Shown: positions 1 through 9,478, counted from the first letter of the stretch. The stretch is DNA of 64,000 nt from an uncultured Candidatus Saccharibacteria bacterium (GCA_964607805.1 CAZSLF010000001.1:78613-142612), one strand, 5' to 3'. Program-made: numbers and translations. The notes: generated from the sequence alone by a model not told the origin.

Positions 1-369
1 ATTAGAAAATACATTAATAGTAAAAGTGGGAGGACCTTCACCTCGAGACATGTCTTCAAGCTCTTTTTTATTTCCTGCTGTAATACTGTCGTAGACTAAG
101 CCTTTATCAAATGCCTTATTAAAAGATTCAATAACTTTATAATCAGAAGGGTACTCAAAACTGAATTCATATTTCTCATTTACATATTTTTTTAGATCAA
201 CCCCTATATTTTTAATAGGTACACTAACATAAGAAGAAATTGATGTATTGGCAACTTTCGCTTGTTCATATTTAACTCCAATATAAAAACTTAGTGCTGG
301 AAGAACAGCGATAAAGAAAATAATTGCTCCAAGCTTTGAATACCATGTAACTTTGTTCCATTCAATCAT
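1..369 (-). CDS. hypothetical membrane-anchored protein, C-terminal end beyond window edge
   Basis: Minus-strand frame from ATG (rc of 367-369) runs without a stop to position 1 (123 codons). N-terminal hydrophobic segment KLGAIIFFIAVLPALSFYIG. Absent from the ORF track because no stop lies in the window. Confidence 0.5.
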   Translation of the reverse strand, partial: MIEWNKVTWYSKLGAIIFFIAVLPALSFYIGVKYEQAKVANTSISSYVSVPIKNIGVDLKKYVNEKYEFSFEYPSDYKVIESFNKAFDKGLVYDSITAGNKKELEDMSRGEGPPTFTINVFSN

Positions 370-474
370 ATAGATTTATGATAGCCTATTTTTATAGTAT
401 TTAACAGAAGCTAATTGGCCATAAATTATTGCAATTATCACAACCCAAACTCAAACATGCTAATATAAAAACAC

Positions 475-1698
475 ATGAAAAAAATTATATTCCTTATCGT
501 CGTACTAGCAATTGCGGGTTATATGTATAAGTATCAGCCGGATAAGACAACAGAGATCATTTCCAAAATTAAACAATTCAAACTTTCGGATCTTAAATTG
601 ATTCCCTCTTCACCTTCTCAAACATCAGCGCAAAATACTGTGGAAGGGCAAAATCCTCAAGACTCCGTAGCCGACACAAAACAGGCCGAAGAAAAAATTC
701 GAGAAAAAAGAATTAAAGACAAGATTGCGAGCATGACTTTGGACCAGAAAATTGGCCAACTAATGATTATCGGCTTCGAGCATACTTACGCCGACGATCA
801 TATTAAAAATATGATTGAAAACTATGGTGTTGGTGGAGTGAATCTTCTCGCAAGAAATATTAAAGATGAGGAGCAAATGATTAAACTTTCTGCGGATTTG
901 CAGACTCTCGCTTCTACATCTTCAGGTATTCCTTTTATGATTGCAGCTGATCAAGAAGGTGGCACAGTTTTGAGATTTAAATTTTTAGAGCATAAATCAA
1001 AACAGCTAACACTAGATTCGACAGATAAGGCATATGAAGAAGCATATAAGCGTGGTGAGGAATTAAAAAGAATTGGTGTTACTTTAAATTTTGCGCCTGT
1101 TGCGGACTATGTGACTGATAAAAAGTCATATTTATACGATAGAACTTTTGGTACAACCAGTGATGCAATCGCACCTCTTGCTCAGTCTATGTTAAAGGGA
1201 TATGAGGACGCGGGTATAAAGGGTTCAATTAAGCACTTCCCTGGTTATGGAAATATTACAAACGATCCGCATAAGAGCACGGCAGAAGTGGATCCTGAAA
1301 CTAATATATATTTGGAGAGTTTAGTTCCATTTCGTAAAATTCTTTTGAACAATGACCAAACGGCTGTCATGACCGCCCATATAATAATTCCAGAAATCGA
1401 TACAAAGCCTGCTACCCTTTCTAAAAAGTTTTTAAAGGATATGTTGCGAGCACAGTGGAATTTTGACGGTGTAATAATTACAGATGATTTGGAAATGGCT
1501 TCCGCTGGCAAGATTCCAGTTGAAGAGCTTGCTGTTGAGTCTATTAAGGCTGGTAATGACATGATAATTAGCACATATACTTCTAATTCTCATCCTAAAA
1601 TTCATGCTGCGATTAAGAAAGCAGTTGAAGATGGGGATATTTCAATTGCTAGTATAAATAATAGTGTCGAGAGGGTGCTGAGGTTGAAGGGGTTTTAG
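475..1698 (+). CDS. glycoside hydrolase family 3 N-terminal domain protein (beta-N-acetylhexosaminidase, NagZ-like), membrane anchored
   Basis: 407 aa. GH3 motifs KIGQLMIIGF, AADQEGGTVLRF, KHFPGYG, ITDDLEM. N-terminal hydrophobic anchor. Confidence 0.8.
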   Translation: MKKIIFLIVVLAIAGYMYKYQPDKTTEIISKIKQFKLSDLKLIPSSPSQTSAQNTVEGQNPQDSVADTKQAEEKIREKRIKDKIASMTLDQKIGQLMIIGFEHTYADDHIKNMIENYGVGGVNLLARNIKDEEQMIKLSADLQTLASTSSGIPFMIAADQEGGTVLRFKFLEHKSKQLTLDSTDKAYEEAYKRGEELKRIGVTLNFAPVADYVTDKKSYLYDRTFGTTSDAIAPLAQSMLKGYEDAGIKGSIKHFPGYGNITNDPHKSTAEVDPETNIYLESLVPFRKILLNNDQTAVMTAHIIIPEIDTKPATLSKKFLKDMLRAQWNFDGVIITDDLEMASAGKIPVEELAVESIKAGNDMIISTYTSNSHPKIHAAIKKAVEDGDISIASINNSVERVLRLKGF

Positions 1699-1782
1699 TT
1701 TTTTGGTCACAATATAAAAAGACCTGGCCACGGATTGAACGTAGCACAGGTCTCGGAAAGACTACCGAAGTAGCCTCCCCCG

Positions 1783-2097
1783 TCAGAACATTGGACCGAC
1801 ATAAAACGGCTTTCCGTCTTTGCGAGTTACCACAGTCACGGTAGGCGGCTTCTCGGTAGGATGTCCTGTAGGCAAGAAGGGCCCCTCTGCCGTATGCATA
1901 ACGGCATCAGGTCCGAATTCGTGAATGACAGCTCCGGCACCATTGGTGACGTAGAAATCTCCAGCGAACTGCTCCTTGAGGAAAGAGTCCAGTTCACCTT
2001 TACTCACCAGGCGGCATTCTGGGCCAGGTTCTGACAAATTATTACCCTGACCCCACGGACCACTGATCATAACTCTCATAGTACTGATTGATTTCAT
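1783..2097 (-). CDS. hypothetical protein (G+C-rich islet A)
   Basis: ORF 1783..2133 in the track begins with TTG inside a hairpin arm; the first ATG is at 2097. No recognisable motif. Composition differs from flanking genes. Confidence 0.4.
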   Translation of the reverse strand: MKSISTMRVMISGPWGQGNNLSEPGPECRLVSKGELDSFLKEQFAGDFYVTNGAGAVIHEFGPDAVMHTAEGPFLPTGHPTEKPPTVTVVTRKDGKPFYVGPMF

Positions 2098-2119
2098 AGG
2101 TAGGTTGCGTGGGTGTTTT

Positions 2120-2160
2120 GCCACGACTTTCAAGGCTCAAAAAGCTCTGAAAGTCGTGGC
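2120..2160 (-). promoter_or_regulatory. 13-bp perfect inverted repeat in the 5' leader of the islet A ORF
   Basis: gccacgactttca (2120-2132) pairs with tgaaagtcgtggc (2148-2160), 15-nt loop. It lies downstream of a predicted minus-strand promoter: TTGACA (rc of 2210-2215), 17-nt spacer, TAAGAT (rc of 2187-2192). Confidence 0.4.
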
Positions 2161-2372
2161 AAAATATGTGAAGAAATCCGGAAACTATCTTACCATGCTT
2201 TATGTAATATGTCAAATTACTGGTCACCAATTCTACACTGAATTATAGGCCTCCGTAAGGAATGATTTTGCTAACAAAAGATGTGCCCACAGATAATTTC
2301 CTCGCCGTCGCTCGGAAATTTTCGTTGGGCTCGGCTCGCGGTCGTCTCTGCTGAGCCGACATCGCTCCGCCC

Positions 2373-2424
2373 GGCACACACAAGAAAAAACCTGCAGCAG
2401 TGCAGGTTTTTTCTTGTGTGTGCC
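2373..2424. terminator. 24-bp perfect hairpin, bidirectional terminator-like, abutting the tRNA 3' end
   Basis: ggcacacacaagaaaaaacctgca / gcag / tgcaggttttttcttgtgtgtgcc. The stem contains a core GC hairpin flanked by complementary A and T tracts. The right arm overlaps the last 4 nt of the tRNA. Confidence 0.6.
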
Positions 2425-2493
2425 CCCGGCAGGAATTGAACCTGCATTAAGGAATTAGGAACTCCTCGTTCTATCCATTTGAACTACGGCGGC
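2421..2493 (-). tRNA. tRNA-Arg (anticodon CCT)
   Basis: Hand-folded cloverleaf, 73 nt: acceptor GCCGCCG/CGGGGGC (one G4-G69 mismatch), D stem GTTC/GAAC, anticodon stem AGGAG/TTCCT with loop TTCCTAA, T arm GCAGG-TTCAATT-CCTGC, discriminator A. CCA is not encoded. Confidence 0.85.
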
Positions 2494-2603
2494 ATTGCAA
2501 TACCCAGCAATACTACCAAAATTAGATGGAAAAACAAAAAGCGCCCTCTCGGCCGCTTTTCATTTTCAAAAATTCGCTTCGTTTGAATATCTCTCCGCGT
2601 AAA

Positions 2604-3092
2604 CTACCTCTTAATATCAACCAATTCAACATCAAATACTAGAGTGGCATTTGCAGGGATAATTACTTCGCCTGTTGCAGGGTTTGATACACCTTGTGCA
2701 CCATATCCGTCTTCAGGAGCGATTGTTAGAGTTTTCTTTTCACCAACTTTCATTCCCATAATACCCTTCTCCCAACCTGGAATTACCATGCCTGCTCCTA
2801 GAACAAAACCGAAAGGTTCGCCACGGCCGATTGAACTATCGAATACAGTTCCGTTTGTAAGTTTTCCAGTATAGTGAACCATAACCATGTCACCCTTTAC
2901 TGCTTCTGTTCCTTTTTCCATAGATGTTTGTGTTTGATTATTATTAACTTCACCTGCAACCTCTCCGTTTGTTTCTGTAAGTCCGGCTACACTTGCAGCC
3001 TGATCACTTGTATCTGGCTTTGCCATAAAATATAGTGCTGTTCCACCGATAAGTAAGACTGCAATGATAATGATTAGTGTTTTATTACTCAT
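2604..3092 (-). CDS. FKBP-type peptidyl-prolyl cis-trans isomerase, membrane anchored
   Basis: 162 aa. FKBP core VMVHYTGKLTNGTVFDSS...FVLGAGMVIPGWEKGIMGMKVGEKKTLTI...LVFDVELVDI. N-terminal TM helix. Confidence 0.9.
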   Translation of the reverse strand: MSNKTLIIIIAVLLIGGTALYFMAKPDTSDQAASVAGLTETNGEVAGEVNNNQTQTSMEKGTEAVKGDMVMVHYTGKLTNGTVFDSSIGRGEPFGFVLGAGMVIPGWEKGIMGMKVGEKKTLTIAPEDGYGAQGVSNPATGEVIIPANATLVFDVELVDIKR

Positions 3093-3107
3093 ATTTTTCT
3101 ATTTTTT

Positions 3108-3344
3108 CTATTTAGCTTCTGGTAAAAGTTGTGCAAATGATTCTTCGTCGAAACCAACCATAATCTGGCCGTCCACGTCGATCACAGGTACTCCGAGCTG
3201 GCCGCTTTTTTCAACCATCTCTTTTCGCTTATCAGCGTCGCTAGCAACGTCGATCTCCGTATAAGCGATATTATGTTCTTTAAAATATTCTTTGGCCATC
3301 TTGCAATATGTGCAAGATGGTGTGCTATAAATTATTACTGTCAT
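3108..3344 (-). CDS. glutaredoxin-like protein (NrdH/YruB type)
   Basis: 78 aa. CTYC redox motif near the N-terminus; GVPVIDVDG thioredoxin-fold signature. Confidence 0.85.
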   Translation of the reverse strand: MTVIIYSTPSCTYCKMAKEYFKEHNIAYTEIDVASDADKRKEMVEKSGQLGVPVIDVDGQIMVGFDEESFAQLLPEAK

Positions 3345-3399
3345 ATTTGAAGAGTATAACCCATTTACATGAAATATTCATGAAGAAAACCTCAATTTC

Positions 3400-4179
3400 C
3401 TATTCAAGCAACAATAATAGCGCCATGGCAATAATACCGCCTAAAATAACCATAATATGCTTGATAAAATCCTTACTATGATTTCGTTTTAGCTCAGGAA
3501 TCAAATCGGCGCAGGCAATATATATAAATCCTCCAGCAGCTGTCGCCAAGAAGTATGGTAAATATTGCTCAAATATATCTGAATAATTTTGAAAATACGC
3601 TACCAATAGAAAACCTCCAATCGCAGCACAAGATGAAATAAAATTAAAGAAAAGAGCTTTTTTCTTACTCCATCCTCCATATATAAGAAGACCAATATCC
3701 CCAATTTCTTGCGGAATTTCATGCAAAATCACAGCAATAGTTGTTGCAATCCCAACTTCAATCCCAAGACTGAATCCAATTGCGATAATAATACCGTCAA
3801 TAAAATTGTGAATTCCGTCCGCAATCGTCACAAGCGTCCCAATATGATTTCCATGATCATGACTTTCTTCCTCACCGTCATGACTATGGTGCCAGTGCAG
3901 TCCGTATTCAAGAGCTAGAAACATAAAAAATCCAACTAAAACAAAAATTCCAACATAACCGCCAGCGAAACCTCCTGTTAGGCCACCCGAACCTTCAAAA
4001 GCCTCCGGCAAGAGGTGAATTGTAGCATCGCCAATCAAAGCACCCGCTGAAAGACTAACAAGATATGGCAAAACTTTCTTTAACTTTTCTTTTGAAATGA
4101 TAAAAAGCAAACCACCAATAAAAGAGACCAGACTCGTTACAATAATACTTATTAATCCGTATACAAATGAAATTTCCAT
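3400..4179 (-). CDS. ZIP family metal (zinc) transporter
   Basis: 259 aa polytopic protein. ZIP signatures HNFIDGIIIA and HEIPQEIGD. His-rich loop HWHHSHDGEEESHDHGNH. Confidence 0.85.
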   Translation of the reverse strand: MEISFVYGLISIIVTSLVSFIGGLLFIISKEKLKKVLPYLVSLSAGALIGDATIHLLPEAFEGSGGLTGGFAGGYVGIFVLVGFFMFLALEYGLHWHHSHDGEEESHDHGNHIGTLVTIADGIHNFIDGIIIAIGFSLGIEVGIATTIAVILHEIPQEIGDIGLLIYGGWSKKKALFFNFISSCAAIGGFLLVAYFQNYSDIFEQYLPYFLATAAGGFIYIACADLIPELKRNHSKDFIKHIMVILGGIIAMALLLLLE

Positions 4180-4182
4180 AAA

Positions 4183-4863
4183 TTATTTATGCTTATTAGC
4201 AGCGGGGACTAGAGTCATAGCCTCAGATGGCGGGCAATTCGCACAAAAACCAAAGAAATCGAGCGAATGACTATCTATACTGGTAAATCCATTAATATCT
4301 TGTGATAATTTTAGCAACCCCTCCTCGACCGAAGAAGTATCCACATGATCGACTTTACCACAACTCTTACAAATCACATGGTGACAATGATTTCCTTCAG
4401 AAACTGTTAATTTCTCAGGATCTATAGTCGATTCAAAGTATATAACTCCACCTTTATAATGAATTTCTCGCGCTATCCCAACCTCTACCGCCTGCTTTAA
4501 AATTCTGTAAACAGTAGCTCGACCCGGCGACAAGGCTGACAAATTTTTTCTCAGCCCCTCAGCTGTCATTGGAATATTTTTCTCAACAAATCTATTTAAG
4601 ACAAGCATTCTTGGAGTTGTAATCTTTAGTTTGTGCTCATTTAAAATTTTTATCAGTACTTTTTCGATTGTAGACAACTCATTGGATACATATTTATTTG
4701 GGTCTCGATAAAGCTCCATACGTTTTAGGTCTGAATAGTCATTGTCCGCTTTATCATAATAAGCAGCCAGCTCGTCGTAAGCAATTTTATCATCACTTCT
4801 ATATACATTCTTATTATTAGCGTTATTATTAGCCATATTATTGAGTTTACTGCTATCTTTCAT
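4183..4863 (-). CDS. Fur family transcriptional regulator (Zur-like) with N/D/Y-rich N-terminal extension
   Basis: 226 aa. Winged-helix region TPRMLVLNRF...GRATVYRILK. Metal sites HCHHVICKSCGK and FCANC. Directly upstream of the ZIP transporter in the same orientation. Confidence 0.8.
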   Translation of the reverse strand: MKDSSKLNNMANNNANNKNVYRSDDKIAYDELAAYYDKADNDYSDLKRMELYRDPNKYVSNELSTIEKVLIKILNEHKLKITTPRMLVLNRFVEKNIPMTAEGLRKNLSALSPGRATVYRILKQAVEVGIAREIHYKGGVIYFESTIDPEKLTVSEGNHCHHVICKSCGKVDHVDTSSVEEGLLKLSQDINGFTSIDSHSLDFFGFCANCPPSEAMTLVPAANKHK

Positions 4864-4899
4864 TGATATTTGTATATTATCCCCTTTTCTCCATTTTGT

Positions 4900-4920
4900 A
4901 AATGAGACTCAGTCTCATTT
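4900..4920. promoter_or_regulatory. Fur-family operator candidate, perfect 10-1-10 palindrome
   Basis: aaatgagact c agtctcattt, 37 nt upstream of the regulator start. On the minus strand it follows TTGACG, so it covers the spacer and -10 region of a putative promoter. Confidence 0.65.
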
Positions 4921-4964
4921 AGCGTCAATTTTAACCCTTATTTATAGCCATAAGATAAAAGCGT

Positions 4965-4985
4965 AAATGAGATTGAGTCTCATTT
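4965..4985. promoter_or_regulatory. second copy of the palindromic operator (1 mismatch)
   Basis: aaatgagatt g agtctcattt, in the divergent intergenic region between the Fur-family gene and the DsbB-like gene. Confidence 0.55.
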
Positions 4986-5097
4986 AGAAACTTGCACCAA
5001 GAGACATATTTATCTCCTATTCCAAAAAGAAATATATTTTCAGTTTTTCAGTAAAATAAAATAGATGCTATAATTTCAATACCTTTAATTCAATACC

Positions 5098-5646
5098 ATG
5101 TCTAACCACTACAACCCAAAAAATCAGAAGCAATCAAAACCCGGCCACGCTAACCAACCCAACCAGCCTAGCCAATCTACACAAATCGCAGTAGCCGAAG
5201 CCGGATTACTTATAAATATCAGAAATTGGATCGGTAAAAACGCTCTCTACTTAGCTTTTATTCAAGCCTTAGTTGCCTTCTCGGGAAGTATGTATTTTAG
5301 CAATATTGCAGGATATCCTCCTTGCACACTTTGCTGGTGGCAGCGAATTTTCTTCTTCCCACTCGGAATCACTCTAATTGTAGGAATATTGCGTCGTGAT
5401 AAAAATGTTTATCACTATATCCTACCGCCAGCATTTATCGGTTGGGCGATCGCCATTTATCACAATCTTCTTTACTATAAAATAATTCCTGACACACTAG
5501 CTCCTTGCACAACAGGAGTCTCATGCACGACAAAATTTATTGAGTTCTTTGGATTCGTGACTATTCCTTTCTTGTCATTTATGGCATTTTCGGTCATTAT
5601 CATACTTATGTTCGAATACAAGAGATTTACTAAGCTCTATAAGTAA
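5098..5646 (+). CDS. disulfide bond formation protein B family (DsbB/BdbC-like)
   Basis: 182 aa. YPPCTLCWWQRIFFFPL (CxxC followed by QR, as in BdbC), a second Cys pair in APCTTGVSCTT, four hydrophobic helices. Confidence 0.8.
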   Translation: MSNHYNPKNQKQSKPGHANQPNQPSQSTQIAVAEAGLLINIRNWIGKNALYLAFIQALVAFSGSMYFSNIAGYPPCTLCWWQRIFFFPLGITLIVGILRRDKNVYHYILPPAFIGWAIAIYHNLLYYKIIPDTLAPCTTGVSCTTKFIEFFGFVTIPFLSFMAFSVIIILMFEYKRFTKLYK

Positions 5647-5715
5647 CCCTAATTGCTAATCCTAATTAATATTAAAATTGGCAAAACCACATTAAACCAT
5701 TAAACAAAAAACCAA

Positions 5716-6447
5716 ATGACAACAGAAATTAAAGCAATCTTAATAATCGTCCTAATAACAGCAGTCGTAATTGTTGGAGGTCTTTCTTTGACGAAAAATG
5801 GCCCCCAGTCGCCCACAATAACCATAAACGAAGATTCTCTAATAACTGCAGATAACCCTCGTCAAACAGGCTCTGAAGCTAAAATCAAAGTAGTAGAATT
5901 TGCAGATTTCGCTTGTCCAGCTTGCGCTATGCTTGCTCCAAATCTTGAAGCTGCACTAGCTACAAACGCTAATTCAATTGATTTTGCTGTAAGACTTCTT
6001 CCAATTCACGGTGAGGAATCATATACATCTGCAACAGCAGCATTCGCAGCTGGTGAACAAGGAAAATTCTTCGAATATGGAAAAATTCTTTTTGATAAAC
6101 AAACAGAATGGGCCAATAAAAACAATAAGCGTGAACTTTTCTTAACATATGCAACAACTCTAGGACTTGATATTGCAAAGTTCACAGCATCAATAGATTC
6201 AAAAGATTTCCAATCAAAAGTTAAAGGTATCCTAGATAAAGACAATGCTGATGCTTCTGCAATGAAAATCGCATCTACTCCAACTCTTGTTATCGGTGGA
6301 ACTCCTGTGGTTGGTGTTCAAACAACTGCTACTCTAGACGCTATGCTTAAAGCCGAAATTGAAAAGGCAACAGGTACAGGAGTAGATACTGACGGTGCAG
6401 GCGCAGCGAATTCTTCAACTACACCTACACTTAATATCAATCAATAA
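5716..6447 (+). CDS. DsbA-family thiol:disulfide oxidoreductase, membrane anchored
   Basis: 243 aa. FADFACPACA active site, thioredoxin-like fold features, N-terminal TM. Confidence 0.8.
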   Translation: MTTEIKAILIIVLITAVVIVGGLSLTKNGPQSPTITINEDSLITADNPRQTGSEAKIKVVEFADFACPACAMLAPNLEAALATNANSIDFAVRLLPIHGEESYTSATAAFAAGEQGKFFEYGKILFDKQTEWANKNNKRELFLTYATTLGLDIAKFTASIDSKDFQSKVKGILDKDNADASAMKIASTPTLVIGGTPVVGVQTTATLDAMLKAEIEKATGTGVDTDGAGAANSSTTPTLNINQ

Positions 6448-6453
6448 TATAAT

Positions 6454-6876
6454 ATGGATAATACTTCTAATTTGAGTCCTGATCATCAACCTTCTCATAG
6501 TTCTAGCACAAAAACATCACCCGCTTTTATTGCCGCACATATAGCACAAGATAAGTTTGGAAAAGTAAAAGGTTTCGCTAGTGAATTTCAAACTTTTATT
6601 GTTAAAGGAAATGCAATTGAACTCGCAATCGGTGTTGTTATCGGTACAGCTTTCAACGAAGTTGTTAATTCCCTAGTGAAAGATATTATCCTTGGTGCCA
6701 TTGCTACTTTTGCTGGAAAGCCAGATTTTACTGACTTTGCATTTGGCGCTATCAAGTGGGGATCTTTCTTAAACACACTTATAAATCTTTTGATTGTTGG
6801 GCTGTCAGTGTTTGTTGCGATTAAGGCAGTTAATAAATTGACGAGAAGAGAGTTGATAAAGAGTAAGGTTGAGTAA
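6454..6876 (+). CDS. mscL: large-conductance mechanosensitive channel
   Basis: 140 aa. FIVKGNAIELAIGVVIGTAFNEVVNSLVKDII matches the MscL TM1 signature. About 40 aa N-terminal extension. Confidence 0.9.
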   Translation: MDNTSNLSPDHQPSHSSSTKTSPAFIAAHIAQDKFGKVKGFASEFQTFIVKGNAIELAIGVVIGTAFNEVVNSLVKDIILGAIATFAGKPDFTDFAFGAIKWGSFLNTLINLLIVGLSVFVAIKAVNKLTRRELIKSKVE

Positions 6877-6908
6877 ACACTAAAAATTATTTTTGGGAAT
6901 GGAAAAAC

Positions 6909-6933
6909 AAAAGCACCTTTCAGGGGTGCTTTT
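6909..6933. terminator. intrinsic terminator hairpin between convergent genes
   Basis: aaaagcacc / tttcagg / ggtgctttt, with A and T tracts on both sides. Confidence 0.6.
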
Positions 6934-6954
6934 TCGTTAGGGATATGAGAGAGA

Positions 6955-7473
6955 TTATCTACTCTCAACAGTTTTAGATTTTAACCTTTTACTGTTAAGT
7001 TTCTCCCGTTCGATCCTGATCCACTTACATGCTATAGAAGACACAGGAAGTCCCAATTCCCCTTCAATGAATGCTGACTCAAGTCTTTGAACCTCAATTT
7101 CTTCCATAAAAGGTACTCCATCTATAGTGATGAGTGGGAGTTCAAATAAATCCGTATATGAAGCCCAAACACGAATTATTCTATATCTTGCTTCATCTTC
7201 TTTAACACCAGCCTCCTCAAGATCACGAATCATGGCATTTTTAGCAGCAGCATGTACACCACCTCTTTTAGCTGTTCTAATACTTAGCTTCTCTTTATCG
7301 ATTGCCCATCCAGCAGTCATAAACCCTGCTCCAATCCCCTTTTTTGTGACAGTTCCATCTTTGTTATCAACATAATTTTGAGCCTTTAACATAGCCTTCT
7401 CCAAAACATGATAACCTTCCTCAGTCTCGGCCATCTTGAGCAATCTCGCATATTCTTCCTGTATAGTCGGCAT
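6955..7473 (-). CDS. hypothetical protein
   Basis: The track ORF 6955..7695 overlaps the murJ 3' end in another frame, so it was trimmed to the first ATG clear of murJ (7473). A TTG at 7560 is an alternative start. No recognisable motif. Confidence 0.45.
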   Translation of the reverse strand: MPTIQEEYARLLKMAETEEGYHVLEKAMLKAQNYVDNKDGTVTKKGIGAGFMTAGWAIDKEKLSIRTAKRGGVHAAAKNAMIRDLEEAGVKEDEARYRIIRVWASYTDLFELPLITIDGVPFMEEIEVQRLESAFIEGELGLPVSSIACKWIRIEREKLNSKRLKSKTVESR

Positions 7474-7607
7474 ATAAAAATCGGGTTGTAAGTTTACTGT
7501 TGTACCAGTTCTCTGGTCGTATGTTACGAAATGTTCTGTTTCCCAGACATTTAACCACAATTCAAATAATCCGCAAGATATGCCTGAACCCCTCCTCTCG
7601 CATCCCT

Positions 7608-9404
7608 TTAGTGCTCCAACCTCTCCGGATCCACAACCAATATTTCCCCACTCTTTACAATATCCACTGGCGCAGCTCTTTTGCCGCCGAACCATCCACC
7701 GAATACCGCAACAATCGGAATTCTCTTTTGAAGTGTCACTAGAACTTCTTCAAGCTCTTCACTCTTTAATAATTTCAATACCAAAACACTAGCAGTAATT
7801 CCAATTATTCCAGCAACAAATCCATGTAGGAATACTCCTCGCAAAGTTTCCAAATCGAAAACTGAATCGAACATATTCAGTCCAATATATGCAAAGAATC
7901 CTCCTATAACGCCGGCACCAATACTTCCAAGCCAAGCTCTCCATGTGGCACGAATAAGTTCACCGTGACTGAATTCATTTTCAAATTTAACCCAAAAAGC
8001 GAAAGCGTTTATAATCGTACCCAAACTATATCCAAGAGGAAGCATGAGAATTTCAATTCCTCCTAAGCCTTCTACACGGAAAAGTCTTGCGAAAAATTCT
8101 CCAAAGGTTGGATCTTGTCGGTATAGCCAGATAAATCCAAGTGGAGCGATAATTGTAATTAAAGAAGAGATTAAGTTTATGATCAATGGCTTCTTCGTCT
8201 GCCCAGCCGCATAATATGCTCGAATAAATAGGAGTTCCAAGCCTTGCGCAACAAGTGATACAACAAACAAAGCTAAACATGCAGCAACCAATCTTGTATT
8301 ATCCCAATTGAAATTTCCAGATCCCAAAACAGTTCGAACAATTTGCGCCCGCAACACAATAAACATAGCAGCGATTGGCACGGACCAGAAAATAACATGA
8401 CGAACCGCTGAAATAATTTGGCTTAGGAATTTGTCCTTTTCTCCATTTGCAAAATGAGCTGAAAGAGTTGGAAAAGCAGCCAAAGCATAGCTCACACCCA
8501 CAATTCCAAAAGGCACTGACTGAATATTAAAAGATAAACTCAAAATTGAAATTGATCCGACACTTAAAGTCGCCGCGAGTGCTGTCAAAACAATTAACTC
8601 AATCATAGAGGCCGACAAAGTCAGAGTTCTCGGAATAGAAATCATGAAAATATTTCGGACCAATTTCCAATCAATTTTCCAAGGTAAAACAAAGCGAGGT
8701 AAAAGTCTTTCTTTTATGATAAATGGAATCTGAATCAAAAAATGAAGCAATCCTCCAATAACAACTCCCCAAACAACTCCAGCAATTCCAAAAGTAGGTC
8801 TCAAACAAAATACACCAAAAATAATCGCAATATTATAAATAATTGGTGAGAGCGCATAGAGCACGAATCTTTTTCTAAGCTGTGTCAGCGACCCTAAAAT
8901 ATTTGAAATTCCCAAACAAATTGGCTGTAGAAGTAGAATCTGAGACAAAATTATAATTTGCCCAATCGCAGTCGGATCACTAATTCCTTTGAAAATATAT
9001 TTTGACAAGAAAGGCATGAGGAAAAATGCAATTGTCGAAATAACAATCATCAAAAGTCCAAAAGAACTGAAAAGCGAATCCATAATATTTCGCACGTCGT
9101 TGTTCGCGGCTTTGCTTTTTGTTCCGTCTTTATTTAATTCATATTTACTTTCAGCTTTATTGATAAATGGAATAATCACAGAAATAGAAACAAGCGAAGC
9201 TGCTGTAGCAAAAATCAAATCAGGCACACGAAAAGCGGCATAATATATATCAAGTGTTAATCCTGCACCAAAAAAGTGAGCCAGGGCTCGGTCACGAACA
9301 AGTCCTAAAATCTGTGCAAACAATGTGAAAAAACCAAGCAAAAAAGCCGCTTGGTGAACTCCTCCAATCTCACTATTAAAGAGTTTTATTATCTTCGAAA
9401 CCAC
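7608..9404 (-). CDS. murJ: lipid II flippase MurJ
   Basis: 598 aa polytopic protein. N-terminal signature FLLGFFTLFAQILGLVRDRALAHFFGAG...YYAAFRVPD. GTG start. Confidence 0.85.
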   Translation of the reverse strand: MVSKIIKLFNSEIGGVHQAAFLLGFFTLFAQILGLVRDRALAHFFGAGLTLDIYYAAFRVPDLIFATAASLVSISVIIPFINKAESKYELNKDGTKSKAANNDVRNIMDSLFSSFGLLMIVISTIAFFLMPFLSKYIFKGISDPTAIGQIIILSQILLLQPICLGISNILGSLTQLRKRFVLYALSPIIYNIAIIFGVFCLRPTFGIAGVVWGVVIGGLLHFLIQIPFIIKERLLPRFVLPWKIDWKLVRNIFMISIPRTLTLSASMIELIVLTALAATLSVGSISILSLSFNIQSVPFGIVGVSYALAAFPTLSAHFANGEKDKFLSQIISAVRHVIFWSVPIAAMFIVLRAQIVRTVLGSGNFNWDNTRLVAACLALFVVSLVAQGLELLFIRAYYAAGQTKKPLIINLISSLITIIAPLGFIWLYRQDPTFGEFFARLFRVEGLGGIEILMLPLGYSLGTIINAFAFWVKFENEFSHGELIRATWRAWLGSIGAGVIGGFFAYIGLNMFDSVFDLETLRGVFLHGFVAGIIGITASVLVLKLLKSEELEEVLVTLQKRIPIVAVFGGWFGGKRAAPVDIVKSGEILVVDPERLEH

Positions 9405-9478
9405 GTTCCAGTCATCTTAGCATATTGAGGCTAAAAACAAGTGTTTTCTGTGGTTTTCTTTTAGTAAATTCAGTAGAA

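Noticed and set aside
1700-2493. Integrated prophage or genomic island at the tRNA-Arg gene
   Set aside because: No integrase, no phage genes and no direct repeat of the tRNA 3' end are visible. Only a single small ORF is present. It is kept as a low-interest finding rather than annotated as a mobile element.
7474-7695. N-terminal 74 codons of track ORF 6955..7695
   Set aside because: About 30 of these codons (7608-7695) overlap the 3' end of murJ in another frame. The peptide is Cys/Gly-rich and implausible, and the ATG at 7473 gives a cleaner gene. A TTG at 7560 remains possible.
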